Part shown: positions 33,018 to 42,037 of the stretch, piece after piece | Numbering within the stretch: position 1 is the stretch's first letter | Layout of the letters: every line of letters begins with the position of its first letter | Origin: Acidimicrobiales bacterium | GTDB lineage: Bacteria; Actinomycetota; Acidimicrobiia; Acidimicrobiales; JAHEJN01 | Length of the DNA stretch: 64,000 nucleotides | Assembly: GCA_024638845.1 (NCBI GenBank) | Contig: JAHEJN010000007.1 | Location: 6,610 to 70,609, forward strand | Reading direction: 5' to 3' | The notes under the pieces: model-generated | What the model was told of the DNA's origin: nothing | Databases searched by the model: none | Seen by the model: the letters and a program-made list of their open reading frames with translations, nothing else | Made by a program: the position numbers and the translations under genes

Positions 33018-34169
33018 ATGTCAGGAGAACGGTACGATCCGATCGCCAATCCCTATGCCCCAGGTGCCGGCACGCCGCCGCCGGCACTGGTCGGGCGCGA
33101 CGCGATCATCGACGAAGCCGAGATCAGCCTCCGGCGCCTCGCATCGGCCCGTTCGAGCCAGCACCTGCTCATCACCGGTCTCCGTGGGGTGGGCAAGACG
33201 GTCCTGCTCGGAAAGCTCGCCGCGCTGGGTGAGCATCTGGGGTTTCGGGTGGTGCGGGTCGAGGCAGTCGGCGGCGACGACACCCTCCGCAGTTTTCTGC
33301 GCCAGGCGCGGCGCGTGGTGGAGGATCTCGATCGCAGCGGCAAGGCCACCCGGGCCCTGCGCTCGATCGAGTCGGTCACGCTCACGATCGCCGGCACCGG
33401 TTTCGGCGTCGACCGTCTCGACGCCACCCCCGATCGGGAGGCGTTGGCCGATGTCGTGATCGACATGGCCGCTGCGGCCGCAGAGGACGACGGGGGAGTG
33501 ATGATCGCCATCGACGAGGCGCAGATGCTCGATCCACACGATCTCCGGCGCATCCTGGCCGGCGTTCATCGATGCGGCCAGGATGGCCTTCCGCTCTACT
33601 GCCTCCTCGCCGGTCTGCCCAACCTGGTGGGCGACGTGGCCAAGGCGGCGACCTACGCCGAACGCATGTTCACGGTGGCCGAACTGGGTCCACTCTCGGC
33701 TCTCGACGTGGGTACGGCGGTGAACGGTCCGGCCGAGGAGATCGGTGTGGCGTGGTCGCCCGAGGCGATCGAGGCCATCGTCGACCGATCCGACGGGTTT
33801 CCGTTCTTCGTGCAGACCTGGGCCTATCACGTGTGGAATGCGGCGCGCGACGAGCCGGTCTCCTCCGATGACGTCGAGCGGGCGGCGATCGCCACCGATC
33901 ATGCGCTCGACTCCTCGTTCTTCGCGGCCAGGATCGCCCGGATACCGGCGTCGGAGGTGAGCTACGTACAGGCGATGGCGTCGCTCGGCCCCGGGCCCCA
34001 TCGATCCGGCGAGGTCGCCGCCGCGGCGGGGCGAACGACCTCGCAGGTCGCAGCCTTCCGCGATCGGCTCATCGCCGAAGGGGTGATCTACGCGCCCCGA
34101 TACGGCTGGGTCGAGTTCGCGATCCCGCACTTCGACGAGTACGTCCGCCGCCGGTTGCCGTCGCGCTGA
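33018..34169 (+). CDS. Orphan P-loop ATPase (ORC/Cdc6 / archaeal-ATPase-like) with a C-terminal winged-helix-like region
   Basis: Walker A ITGLRGVGKTVLL and Walker B MIAIDEAQML. The promoter region at 32960-33017 is AT-richer. Confidence 0.65.
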   Translation: MSGERYDPIANPYAPGAGTPPPALVGRDAIIDEAEISLRRLASARSSQHLLITGLRGVGKTVLLGKLAALGEHLGFRVVRVEAVGGDDTLRSFLRQARRVVEDLDRSGKATRALRSIESVTLTIAGTGFGVDRLDATPDREALADVVIDMAAAAAEDDGGVMIAIDEAQMLDPHDLRRILAGVHRCGQDGLPLYCLLAGLPNLVGDVAKAATYAERMFTVAELGPLSALDVGTAVNGPAEEIGVAWSPEAIEAIVDRSDGFPFFVQTWAYHVWNAARDEPVSSDDVERAAIATDHALDSSFFAARIARIPASEVSYVQAMASLGPGPHRSGEVAAAAGRTTSQVAAFRDRLIAEGVIYAPRYGWVEFAIPHFDEYVRRRLPSR

Positions 34170-34246
34170 GCCGGCGCCGGTGAGGTCGGGTTCGATGCGG
34201 GGTTCGGTGGGGATCTAGGATCGGACAACTCCACACGGGTCCTGCC

Positions 34247-34837
34247 ATGATTGCCGAACAAGCCGACTTCGAGAGCGAGGTACGAGAGCTGGTGGCGCGC
34301 GTGCTGGCAGGAGTACTCGACGACCCGGCTCCGGCTGCGGCCCCGTCGACGCCGACCGTGCCGGGTTCTGCTGCGAGCGAGCGCATCGCCATCGGGGCCG
34401 ATCACGGCGGGTTCTCCCTGAAACAGATGCTGGCGGCCGAGCTGGTCGAGGCGGGGTGGCAGGTCGAGGACTGCGGCACCGACAGCACGCAGGCATGCGA
34501 CTATCCCGACATCGCCCACCGAGTCGCCCGCCAGGTGGCCAAGGGCGACTGCACCTGGGGGATCATGATCGACGGGGCGGGCATCGGCTCGGCGATGGTG
34601 GCGAACAAGGTGCCGGGGGTGCGGGCCGCCGCGTGCTACGACCTCTCGACCGCCCGCAACAGCAGGGAGCACAACCGGGCGAACGTGCTCACCCTCGGTG
34701 CGGGTCTCACCGGTGCGGCGTTGGCCTGGCAGATCGTGCAAGAGTGGCTCGCCACGCCGTGGGGCGGCGACCGCCACCTCCGGCGGGTGGCCCTCATCAA
34801 CGAGATCGAAGAGATGTACGCCAGGAGCGAGGCATGA
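34247..34837 (+). CDS. rpiB: Ribose-5-phosphate isomerase B with an N-terminal encapsulation-peptide-like extension
   Basis: The core starts at [13 protein letters not shown]. It has [23 protein letters not shown] and [13 protein letters not shown]. About 45 extra N-terminal residues comprise the amphipathic [17 protein letters not shown] and a Pro/Ala linker. Confidence 0.85.
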   Translation: MIAEQADFESEVRELVARVLAGVLDDPAPAAAPSTPTVPGSAASERIAIGADHGGFSLKQMLAAELVEAGWQVEDCGTDSTQACDYPDIAHRVARQVAKGDCTWGIMIDGAGIGSAMVANKVPGVRAAACYDLSTARNSREHNRANVLTLGAGLTGAALAWQIVQEWLATPWGGDRHLRRVALINEIEEMYARSEA

Positions 34838-35682
34838 CCGACGAACCCCTGGACCGTGAGCTGCTCATCGAGCTCATCACCAAGGAAGTGCTCAGCACGC
34901 TCAGCCGTCAGGTCGACCGCTGCGATTCGCCCGAGGGCTTGCGCCAGGTCGTCGTGAACGGCGCCGACCGAGTGGCGTTCCACGGCGATGCGTCCCAGGT
35001 GCCGATCGACCTTGCGATGTACATCGATCACACGGCGCTGAAGCCGGCAACCACGGGCGGCGAGGTCGACGTGCTCTGCCAGGAGGCCGAGCAGTACCAC
35101 TTCGCCACTGTGTGCGTGAATCCGTCGTGGGTGAAGCGCGCCGCCGACAACCTGCGGGGCAGCGACGTCAAGGTCTGCTCGGTCATCGGGTTCCCGTTCG
35201 GGGCCACGACCGGCGAGATCAAGGCCATGGAGGCCCGCCGCGCGATTCGTGACGGCGCCCGCGAAGTCGACATGGTCATCAACATCGGCGCGCTGAAATC
35301 CGGTGATCAGCAGACGGTCCTCACCGAGATGGAGAAGGTGGTCGACTCGGCGCACGAGGCCGGCGCGATCGTCAAGGTGATCATCGAGACGTCGCTGTTG
35401 ACCGACGAGGAGAAGGTGGTCGCCTCGGCGCTGGCCAAGAAGGCGAAGGCCGACTTCGTGAAGACCTCCACCGGGTTCAGCGACGGGGGCGCCACCGTGT
35501 ACGACGTTGCCCTCATGCGCGAGACTGTCGGTCCCGACATGGGCGTGAAGGCGTCGGGTGGCGTGCGAACCGCCGAGGACGTCGAGGACATGATTGCGGC
35601 TGGGGCGACCCGAATCGGGGCCTCGGCCGGAGTACAGATCGTGAGTCGAAACGAGGGAGACAGTAGTGGCGACAAGTATTGA
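34834..35682 (+). CDS. deoC: Deoxyribose-phosphate aldolase (DERA) with an N-terminal encapsulation-peptide-like extension
   Basis: ATG at 34834 overlaps the rpiB stop (ATGA). The core has [20 protein letters not shown] and the Schiff-base lysine in DFVKTSTGF. The N-terminus carries [16 protein letters not shown]. Confidence 0.88.
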   Translation: MTDEPLDRELLIELITKEVLSTLSRQVDRCDSPEGLRQVVVNGADRVAFHGDASQVPIDLAMYIDHTALKPATTGGEVDVLCQEAEQYHFATVCVNPSWVKRAADNLRGSDVKVCSVIGFPFGATTGEIKAMEARRAIRDGAREVDMVINIGALKSGDQQTVLTEMEKVVDSAHEAGAIVKVIIETSLLTDEEKVVASALAKKAKADFVKTSTGFSDGGATVYDVALMRETVGPDMGVKASGGVRTAEDVEDMIAAGATRIGASAGVQIVSRNEGDSSGDKY

Positions 35683-36289
35683 GATCCGGTCCTTCGCCTT
35701 CCTCGACAGCCTGCAACCGCAGTACGCCGCGTTTCTCGGCACGGTGGCGCAGGGGTTCCTGCCGCTCGCCGGCGACGCCTCGCTGTACGTCGAAGTGGCG
35801 CCGGGCATCGAGATCAATCGCCTGACCGACGTCGCCTTGAAGGCCACGGCGGTCAAGCCCGGCATGCAGATCATCGAGCGCTACTACGGTCTGCTCGAGA
35901 TCCACTCACCCGATCAGGCCGAGACCAGGGCCGCCGGTGCTGCCATTCTCGATGCGGTCGGCCTCGGCGAGTCCGATCGCCTCAAGCCGAAGATCCTGTC
36001 GAGCCAGATCATCCGCCGCATCGACGATCATCACGCACAACTCATCAATCGCATGCGCCACGGCCAGATGATCGTGCCCGGCGAGACCCTGTACGTCCTC
36101 GAGTGCGAACCGGCCGCCTACGCCGCACTGGCCACCAACGAGGCCGAGAAGGCCGCCGACATCAACGTGCTCGAAGTTCGCGCCGCCGGCGCCATGGGCC
36201 GGGTGTATCTCGGCGGCGAGGAGCGCGACATCGACGTCGGCTGGCGGGCCGCAGTGGCCGCGCTGGAAGGACTAGACGGCCGCGAGTAG
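35666..36289 (+). CDS. BMC-T shell protein (tandem BMC domains, probably permuted EutL/PduB-like topology)
   Basis: GTG at 35666 after GAGGGAGA; it overlaps the deoC end by 17 nt. It has two roughly 100-aa halves, the second with [30 protein letters not shown]...GRVYLGGE. Confidence 0.65.
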   Translation: MATSIEIRSFAFLDSLQPQYAAFLGTVAQGFLPLAGDASLYVEVAPGIEINRLTDVALKATAVKPGMQIIERYYGLLEIHSPDQAETRAAGAAILDAVGLGESDRLKPKILSSQIIRRIDDHHAQLINRMRHGQMIVPGETLYVLECEPAAYAALATNEAEKAADINVLEVRAAGAMGRVYLGGEERDIDVGWRAAVAALEGLDGRE

Positions 36290-36346
36290 GGCCGATTGCA
36301 GGAAGAAGACCGCAAGCAAACGAAGAGAAGATGAAGGGAGCCAGAA

Positions 36347-36649
36347 ATGGCTGAAGCGCTCGGCATGATCGAATGCAGGAGTTTCGCAGCGATGGTTGAG
36401 GCATCCGATGCGATGGTGAAGGCGGCCAAGGTCGACCTCGTCTCGTACGAGAAGACCGGAGGCGGCTACGTCACTGCGGTGATCCGTGGCGATGTTGCCG
36501 CGGTCAAGGCCGCGGTCGATGCAGGTGTCCGGGGAGCGGAGAAGGTCGGCGAGGTCATCTCGACCCACGTGATCGCCCGTCCGCACGTCAACATCGATGT
36601 CGTGCTTCCCCTGGGTCGGGCCGACGAGGCTGCCGCCGAGTCGAGCTGA
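36347..36649 (+). CDS. BMC-H shell protein (PduA/EutM/CcmK type, Pfam00936-like)
   Basis: MAEALGMIECRSFAAMVEASDAMVKAAKVDLVSYEKTGGGYVTAVIRGDVAAVKAAVDAG is a near-consensus BMC domain. A GAAGGGAG RBS precedes it. Confidence 0.92.
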   Translation: MAEALGMIECRSFAAMVEASDAMVKAAKVDLVSYEKTGGGYVTAVIRGDVAAVKAAVDAGVRGAEKVGEVISTHVIARPHVNIDVVLPLGRADEAAAESS

Positions 36650-36700
36650 TCCCGTGGGAATCGCAGAGAGCCGTGCACCTCGCCGGGAGGTGAGACGACC

Positions 36701-36988
36701 ATGCTGCTCGGCCGCGTGACCGGGACGGTCGTCGCCACCAAGAAGGAACCGCTCATCGAGGGTCTCCCCTTCCTGGTGGTGCGCCAGCTCGGCGTCGACA
36801 ACACCGAGACCGGCGGCTATGTCGTGGCGGTCAACGCGGTCGGTGCGGGCGTCGGCGAGGTGGTCATGTACGCGAGTGGCAGCTCGGCCCGTCAGACCGC
36901 GATGACCCAGAACCGTCCGTGTGATGCCGTCATCATGGCCATCGTCGACACGTGGGAAGTCGACGGCGAGACGATGTACGAGAAGTGA
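36701..36988 (+). CDS. BMC-P pentameric vertex protein (EutN/CcmL/PduN type), copy 1
   Basis: [15 protein letters not shown]...LVVRQL...[23 protein letters not shown]...DAVIMAIVD. Confidence 0.88.
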   Translation: MLLGRVTGTVVATKKEPLIEGLPFLVVRQLGVDNTETGGYVVAVNAVGAGVGEVVMYASGSSARQTAMTQNRPCDAVIMAIVDTWEVDGETMYEK

Positions 36989-36995
36989 GCAGCCG

Positions 36996-38453
36996 ATGCT
37001 GAGCAACGACGAGGTCGAGTCGATCATCGCTCGGGTGAAGGGTCGCGTTGCTGCCGCCGAGGGCGCGGACCGGACCGGCCTCGGACTACGGGCGGCCGAC
37101 GATCTCGGTGCGGGCGAGGCCCTGCTGGGTGACGGGATCCACCCCAGCATCGACACGGCGGTCGGGGCCGCCCGAGCGGCGTTCGCCGCCTACCGCGGAA
37201 TGGGGCTCGAGTCGCGTCGGGCGATCGTCGAAGCCATGAGGGCGGCCATGCTGCGTGAAGGCGAGCGGCTGGCGTACATGGCCCATGCCGAGACCGGCCT
37301 CGGCCGAGCCGAGGACAAGGTGAAGAAGAACCTGATGGTCACCACCAAGACCCCGGGGCCCGAGGACCTCGAACCGCAGGCGGTCACCGGCGACGAGGGC
37401 ATGATGGTCACCGAGTACGCGCCCTACGGCGTCATCGGGTCGATCACCCCCACGACCAATCCGACCTCGACGATCATCAACAACAGCATCGCCATGGTCG
37501 CCGCCGGCAACGCGGTCACCTTCAACGTGCACCCTGGGGCCAAGCTGGTCTCGGTCGAGAACATCAAGCTTCTGAACCATGCGATCGCCGGTGCCGGCGG
37601 CCCGCCCGATCTCATCACGGCGGTGCCGAACCCCACGCTCGAGTCGGCCAGGGAGCTGATGGCCCACCCCGATGTGCGCGTGCTGCTCGTCACGGGCGGA
37701 CCTGCGGTGGTGGGCGAGGCGTTGCGCACACCGAAGAAGGCCATCACCGCCGGTCCGGGCAATCCACCGGCCGTGGTCGATCACACCGCCGACATCGAGC
37801 AGGCGGCGCGCGACATCGTCCGCGGCGCGTCGTTCGACAACAACATCGTCTGCGTCGACGAGAAGACCACCATCGTCGTCGAAACCGTGGCCGACGCGTT
37901 GGTGCGGGCGATGGTCGGTGCCGGGGCGTACCGCCTCAAGGAGCACGAGCTCCGTCGCCTCGAGCGGGTGATCTTCACGCAGATGGGCGCGCCCAACAAG
38001 CCAGGGGCCATCAATCCGGCGTGGATCGGCAAGAACGCCACCGACCTCCTGGCCGAGATCGGCGTCGCCGTCGACGGCGACGTGCGGCTGTTGGTCGCCG
38101 AGGTACCCGCAGAACACAGCCTGGTGTGGACCGAGCAGATGATGCCGGTGATGCCGGTGGTGCGGGTCAAAGACGTCGAGTCCGCCATCGATCTGGCCGT
38201 GCGCTCCGAGCACGGCTTCCGCCACACGGCGTCGATCCACTCCACCAATGTCGACACCATCACGACGATGGGCCGGGCCATGAACTGCTCGATCCTGGTG
38301 GCCAACGGCCCCAACTTCGCCGGTCTCGGTGAGGGGGGCGAGGGTTTCACGTCGTTCTCCATCGCCAGCCCGACGGGCGAGGGCCTCACTCGACCGCGGA
38401 CCTTCTCGCGCATCCGGCGCGTCGCAGTTGTCGGAGCGTTGCGCATTGTCTGA
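36996..38453 (+). CDS. CoA-acylating aldehyde dehydrogenase (EutE/PduP-like) with an N-terminal encapsulation-peptide-like helix
   Basis: ATG at 36996 (MLSNDEVESIIARVKGRV). YGVIGSITPTTNP, catalytic Cys in FDNNIVCVDEKT. Confidence 0.88.
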   Translation: MLSNDEVESIIARVKGRVAAAEGADRTGLGLRAADDLGAGEALLGDGIHPSIDTAVGAARAAFAAYRGMGLESRRAIVEAMRAAMLREGERLAYMAHAETGLGRAEDKVKKNLMVTTKTPGPEDLEPQAVTGDEGMMVTEYAPYGVIGSITPTTNPTSTIINNSIAMVAAGNAVTFNVHPGAKLVSVENIKLLNHAIAGAGGPPDLITAVPNPTLESARELMAHPDVRVLLVTGGPAVVGEALRTPKKAITAGPGNPPAVVDHTADIEQAARDIVRGASFDNNIVCVDEKTTIVVETVADALVRAMVGAGAYRLKEHELRRLERVIFTQMGAPNKPGAINPAWIGKNATDLLAEIGVAVDGDVRLLVAEVPAEHSLVWTEQMMPVMPVVRVKDVESAIDLAVRSEHGFRHTASIHSTNVDTITTMGRAMNCSILVANGPNFAGLGEGGEGFTSFSIASPTGEGLTRPRTFSRIRRVAVVGALRIV

Positions 38454-39060
38454 CGCCGGCCGCCGTCTCGATCCCGCCATCGGGCTCTTGGAGTTCTCGT
38501 CCATTGCGGCCGGAATCGTCGCCGGCGATGCCATGGCCAAGGCGGCACCCGTCTCGTCGCTCCATGCGGGCACCGTCCACCCTGGCCGATACCTGGTCCT
38601 GGTCGGCGGCGACACCGCTGCGGTCGAGATCGCGCTCGAGCGCGGCGGCACCGACACCGTGGTCGACCACCTGTTGCTCCCGAATGTGCACCCGACGGTC
38701 ATCACGGCCATGACGACGTCGGTGGACAGCGCGCTGCTCGACCACGACGCGCTCGGCATCGTCGAGACGTCCACGGCGGCCACCGCGATCGTGGCTGCCG
38801 ATGCAGGGGTCAAGGCCGCCGATGTGTCATTGCCGGTGGTCCGAGTGGCCGACGACCTGGGGGGCAAGGCGTACTGCCTCTTCTCCGGGGCGGTGGCCGA
38901 CGTCGAAGCCGCCGTCGAGCGCGCGGTCGCCGTCACCGAACCCACCGCGAAGTTGGTCGGAACCGCGGTCATCCCTCAGCTGCACACCGAGATGCGCGAC
39001 AACCTCGCGGCCGAGCTGCGGTTCAATCATCATCTGCAACATCGCTCGGAGTCGTCCTGA
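38446..39060 (+). CDS. BMC-T shell protein (tandem canonical BMC domains, PduT-like)
   Basis: TTG at 38446 is the only plausible start before AIGLLEFSSIAAGIVAGDAMAKAA. The second domain is ALGIVETSTAATAIVAADAGVKAADV. It overlaps the aldehyde dehydrogenase end by 8 nt. Confidence 0.8.
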   Translation: MSDAGRRLDPAIGLLEFSSIAAGIVAGDAMAKAAPVSSLHAGTVHPGRYLVLVGGDTAAVEIALERGGTDTVVDHLLLPNVHPTVITAMTTSVDSALLDHDALGIVETSTAATAIVAADAGVKAADVSLPVVRVADDLGGKAYCLFSGAVADVEAAVERAVAVTEPTAKLVGTAVIPQLHTEMRDNLAAELRFNHHLQHRSESS

Positions 39061-39341
39061 TGTTGCTGGGGCGAGTCATCGGCACGGTCGTCGCGACGGT
39101 CAAGGCCGAAGGCCTCGAAGGAGTGAAGTTCCTGGTCGTCCAGCCGCTCGACAAGCACCGGCGAGACCACGGCGCCGCCATCGTGGCCGCCGACGCGGTG
39201 GCCATGGCAGGACCGGGCGAGCTCGTGTACTTCGTTGCATCTCGCGAGGCGGCCGAGGCCTTGCCCGAGCGGTTCGTGCCCGTCGACCATGCCATCGTGG
39301 GGCTGGTCGATCAGGTGACCCTCAGCGAGGACGACCGTTGA
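39060..39341 (+). CDS. BMC-P vertex protein, copy 2
   Basis: MLLGRVIGTVVATVK...FLVVQPLD...; TGATG overlap with the preceding gene. Confidence 0.85.
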   Translation: MLLGRVIGTVVATVKAEGLEGVKFLVVQPLDKHRRDHGAAIVAADAVAMAGPGELVYFVASREAAEALPERFVPVDHAIVGLVDQVTLSEDDR

Positions 39342-39598
39342 AGATCGCACGTGTCGCCGGAACGGTGGTCTCGCCGGTCAGCCACCCCTTCTTCGAAGGG
39401 AAGCGGTTGCTGTTGTGCGACCTGGTCGACACCGACGGCTCGACGCAGGGATACGTGATCGCGGTCGACGTGGTGGACGCTGGTGTGGGCGACGAGGTGC
39501 TCATCTGCGACGAGGGCAGCTCGGCTCGGCAGATCTTCGCGCTGTCGACGGGGCCGATCCGCGCCGTGATCGTCGGCATCATCGACGAGATCAGCTGA
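39338..39598 (+). CDS. BMC-P vertex protein, copy 3
   Basis: TTG at 39338 overlaps the previous stop (TTGA). (M)KIARVAGTVVSPVSHPFFEGKRLLLCDLVD...VIAVDVVDAGVGDEVLICDEGSSAR...VIVGIIDE. Confidence 0.8.
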   Translation: MKIARVAGTVVSPVSHPFFEGKRLLLCDLVDTDGSTQGYVIAVDVVDAGVGDEVLICDEGSSARQIFALSTGPIRAVIVGIIDEIS

Positions 39599-39641
39599 GA
39601 GGCGTCGAACCTCCGGGCGCAGAGGGGGTCGCCCTGCCGGA

Positions 39642-40028
39642 TCAGCTGCGTGCCTCACCGAGGGCCGCCGCGATGGCTTCGAGCGCCTCGTTGTCGTCGC
39701 TGCCGAGCGACACGGCCACCTCGGCGAAGACCGACGCAGCCTCCGACAGTCGGTTCCGTCGTTCGACGACCGAGTACGCGATGGGCGGGCTGTCGGCCAC
39801 GAAGGTGCCGCGTCGCCCTTCACCGGTGAGGATGCCTGCGTACTCGAGCTCGCGGTAGGCCCGGGCGATGGTTCCGTTCGAGAGATCGAGCTGCGCCGCA
39901 AGCTGGCGGATGGTGGGCAGGCGCTGTCCGGGTCGGAGGCGGCCGGCGGCAACCTGCAACGCGATCTGCGCACGGAGCTGCTCGAAGGGAGGAATCCTCG
40001 AGTTGCTGTCGAGTCGGATGGTGACCAT
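39642..40028 (-). CDS. GntR-family transcriptional regulator (short, YtrA-like length)
   Basis: ATG at 40028 (MVTIRLD). The wHTH is LPTIRQLAAQLDLSNGTIARAYRELEYAGIL. Convergent with the last BMC gene. Confidence 0.8.
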   Translation of the reverse strand: MVTIRLDSNSRIPPFEQLRAQIALQVAAGRLRPGQRLPTIRQLAAQLDLSNGTIARAYRELEYAGILTGEGRRGTFVADSPPIAYSVVERRNRLSEAASVFAEVAVSLGSDDNEALEAIAAALGEARS

Positions 40029-40037
40029 GGTCTGTTT

Positions 40038-40055
40038 GTAGCATTGTTCTGCTAC
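40038..40055. promoter_or_regulatory. Inverted repeat GTAGCA-N6-TGCTAC, candidate GntR operator
   Basis: Perfect 6-bp arms 10 nt upstream of the GntR start codon. GntR-family sites typically contain GT...AC palindromes. Confidence 0.4.
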
Positions 40056-40102
40056 GTACGGCAAGTCAGATTCCGTTCACAGGAATGGAAGATCGCGGCT
40101 AG

Positions 40103-40585
<483 letters not shown>

Positions 40586-40614
40586 CCGGTAGGCGTCGGC
40601 CGAGCGCGCCGGCG

Positions 40615-41046
40615 TCATTCCTCGGGCACCGGCTCCTGCCAGGGTCCGGGCGCGGCCTCGCCTTCTCGGAGTGGTTCGGCCAGGAGATCGATGGCACCCC
40701 AGATGCCCTTGGACATCGGGAAGAAGACGGCCGGGACGATCAGCGCCACCGCGAGCACGGGCACGAGAATCGGTATCGGCTCGGGATCGGACCCGCTCAG
40801 CACGAAACCCAGGACGAGCGTGACGAGAACGGCCCCGAACGACACGATGGTGTTCATCCCGACCGCACCCACGAACTGGCCCTGCTCCCGCTCGAACTCC
40901 AAGTGACAGCGCGGGCATCGCGTCGCCATCCGCCAGCCGCGGAACACGCCGTTGCTCCCGCACAGGATGCAGCGAAGCCGCAGGGCTCGAACGAACAGGA
41001 GGGGTGCGGACCCGGTCGGCCGGTACTCGGTGACGATGTTGCGGAT
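40615..41046 (-). CDS. DUF983-like zinc-ribbon membrane protein (start codon unresolved)
   Basis: RCILCGSNGVFRGWRMATRCPRCHLEFE zinc ribbon followed by two TM helices. The only ATG (40929) would cut the ribbon in half. I found no ATG, GTG or TTG between it and the divergent gene, so the 5' end is uncertain. Confidence 0.5.
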   Translation of the reverse strand: MRNIVTEYRPTGSAPLLFVRALRLRCILCGSNGVFRGWRMATRCPRCHLEFEREQGQFVGAVGMNTIVSFGAVLVTLVLGFVLSGSDPEPIPILVPVLAVALIVPAVFFPMSKGIWGAIDLLAEPLREGEAAPGPWQEPVPEE

Positions 41047-41091
41047 CGTACTGGTGGGCGAGGTGGTCTCCGAGTCAATCCCGGACGCGGC

Positions 41092-41772
41092 ATGATGAGT
41101 GCGATGTCCACACTGAGACTTGGCACGGCGGCGCTGGTCTTCGCGGTCCTCGTCGTGGCGTGCTCCGGGACGGAGGACCCCGGCGACCCCGAGGCCTTCT
41201 GTGCCTTGTTGCGAGACGGCATCGGCCTGACTGCAGGTGGAACTGACGGGCTCGATGCGCTCGAGACGGCTGCGCCGCCCGACATCCGATCCACCGTGCG
41301 TGAACTGGCCAACACAGTGCGCTCGCTCGACGAGATCCCCGACGCCGATCTCGACGAGCTCTTCTCCGCGGCCTTCGACCCCGACGCGGTCGAGGCTCGC
41401 AACGGCTTGCGGGTCTATGCGGTCGAGCAGTGCGGTTCGACCTCGGTACCCGTCGACCAGGCCGTCGACGGTGTCGCCGACGAAGCCGACGCCGAGGTGC
41501 AACTGGCGTCCTACATCGCCACCAACTTCGGAACGACGACGTGGGCGGGTCAACTGTCGATCGACGCGGGGTTCGCCTTCGGTCGCCTCGACTCGCTCCA
41601 CGCGGAGTTCGGCGACGATCCTGCTGCGCCCGACGACGCGCTGGCGGCCTGCAATGCACTGGCCGTGTTCCTCTACGAGATCGAGAGCGGATCCGGCGAG
41701 ATACGGGTCACCCAGGGCGACATGCTCCTTGCCGGTCGGTCGGGTCCCTCGGCGCCCTGCGTGCGCCCCTGA
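41092..41772 (+). CDS. Lipoprotein, function unknown
   Basis: MMSAMSTLRLGTAALVFAVLVVAC lipobox, then an acidic soluble domain. Confidence 0.6.
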   Translation: MMSAMSTLRLGTAALVFAVLVVACSGTEDPGDPEAFCALLRDGIGLTAGGTDGLDALETAAPPDIRSTVRELANTVRSLDEIPDADLDELFSAAFDPDAVEARNGLRVYAVEQCGSTSVPVDQAVDGVADEADAEVQLASYIATNFGTTTWAGQLSIDAGFAFGRLDSLHAEFGDDPAAPDDALAACNALAVFLYEIESGSGEIRVTQGDMLLAGRSGPSAPCVRP

Positions 41773-41830
41773 TCGACATCGGGTCGCCGACTAGCATGGC
41801 CATCGTCGGTTGGTCGGTCATGGAGGACTC

Positions 41831-42025
41831 ATGCGCGTTGTCGTCGATTTCGATCTGTGTGAGAGCAACGCGGTCTGCATGCAGATCGTGCCCGAGGTGT
41901 TCGAGGTGCGCGACGACGACTTCCTCTACATCTTGAACGAGACACCGGGCGAGGAGCTGCGCGACAAGGTCGAAGAGGCCGTCCAGCGCTGCCCGAAGCA
42001 GGCCATCTCCCTCGCCGAGGGCTGA
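41831..42025 (+). CDS. Small ferredoxin (3Fe-4S/4Fe-4S, P450-partner type)
   Basis: ATG at 41831. MRVVVDFDLCESNAVCMQIVPEVFEV...VQRCPKQAISL. Confidence 0.8.
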   Translation: MRVVVDFDLCESNAVCMQIVPEVFEVRDDDFLYILNETPGEELRDKVEEAVQRCPKQAISLAEG

Positions 42026-42037
42026 GTCCGGCTCGAG

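Noticed and set aside
34456-34833. Long upstream extensions of BMC-locus ORFs in the track: 34456 for deoC, 36921 for the aldehyde dehydrogenase, 38329 for BMC-T and 38801 for BMC-P3.
   Set aside because: The extensions overlap the preceding genes in other frames and are compositionally aberrant. The internal ATG, GTG or TTG starts give canonical N-termini and stop/start overlaps.
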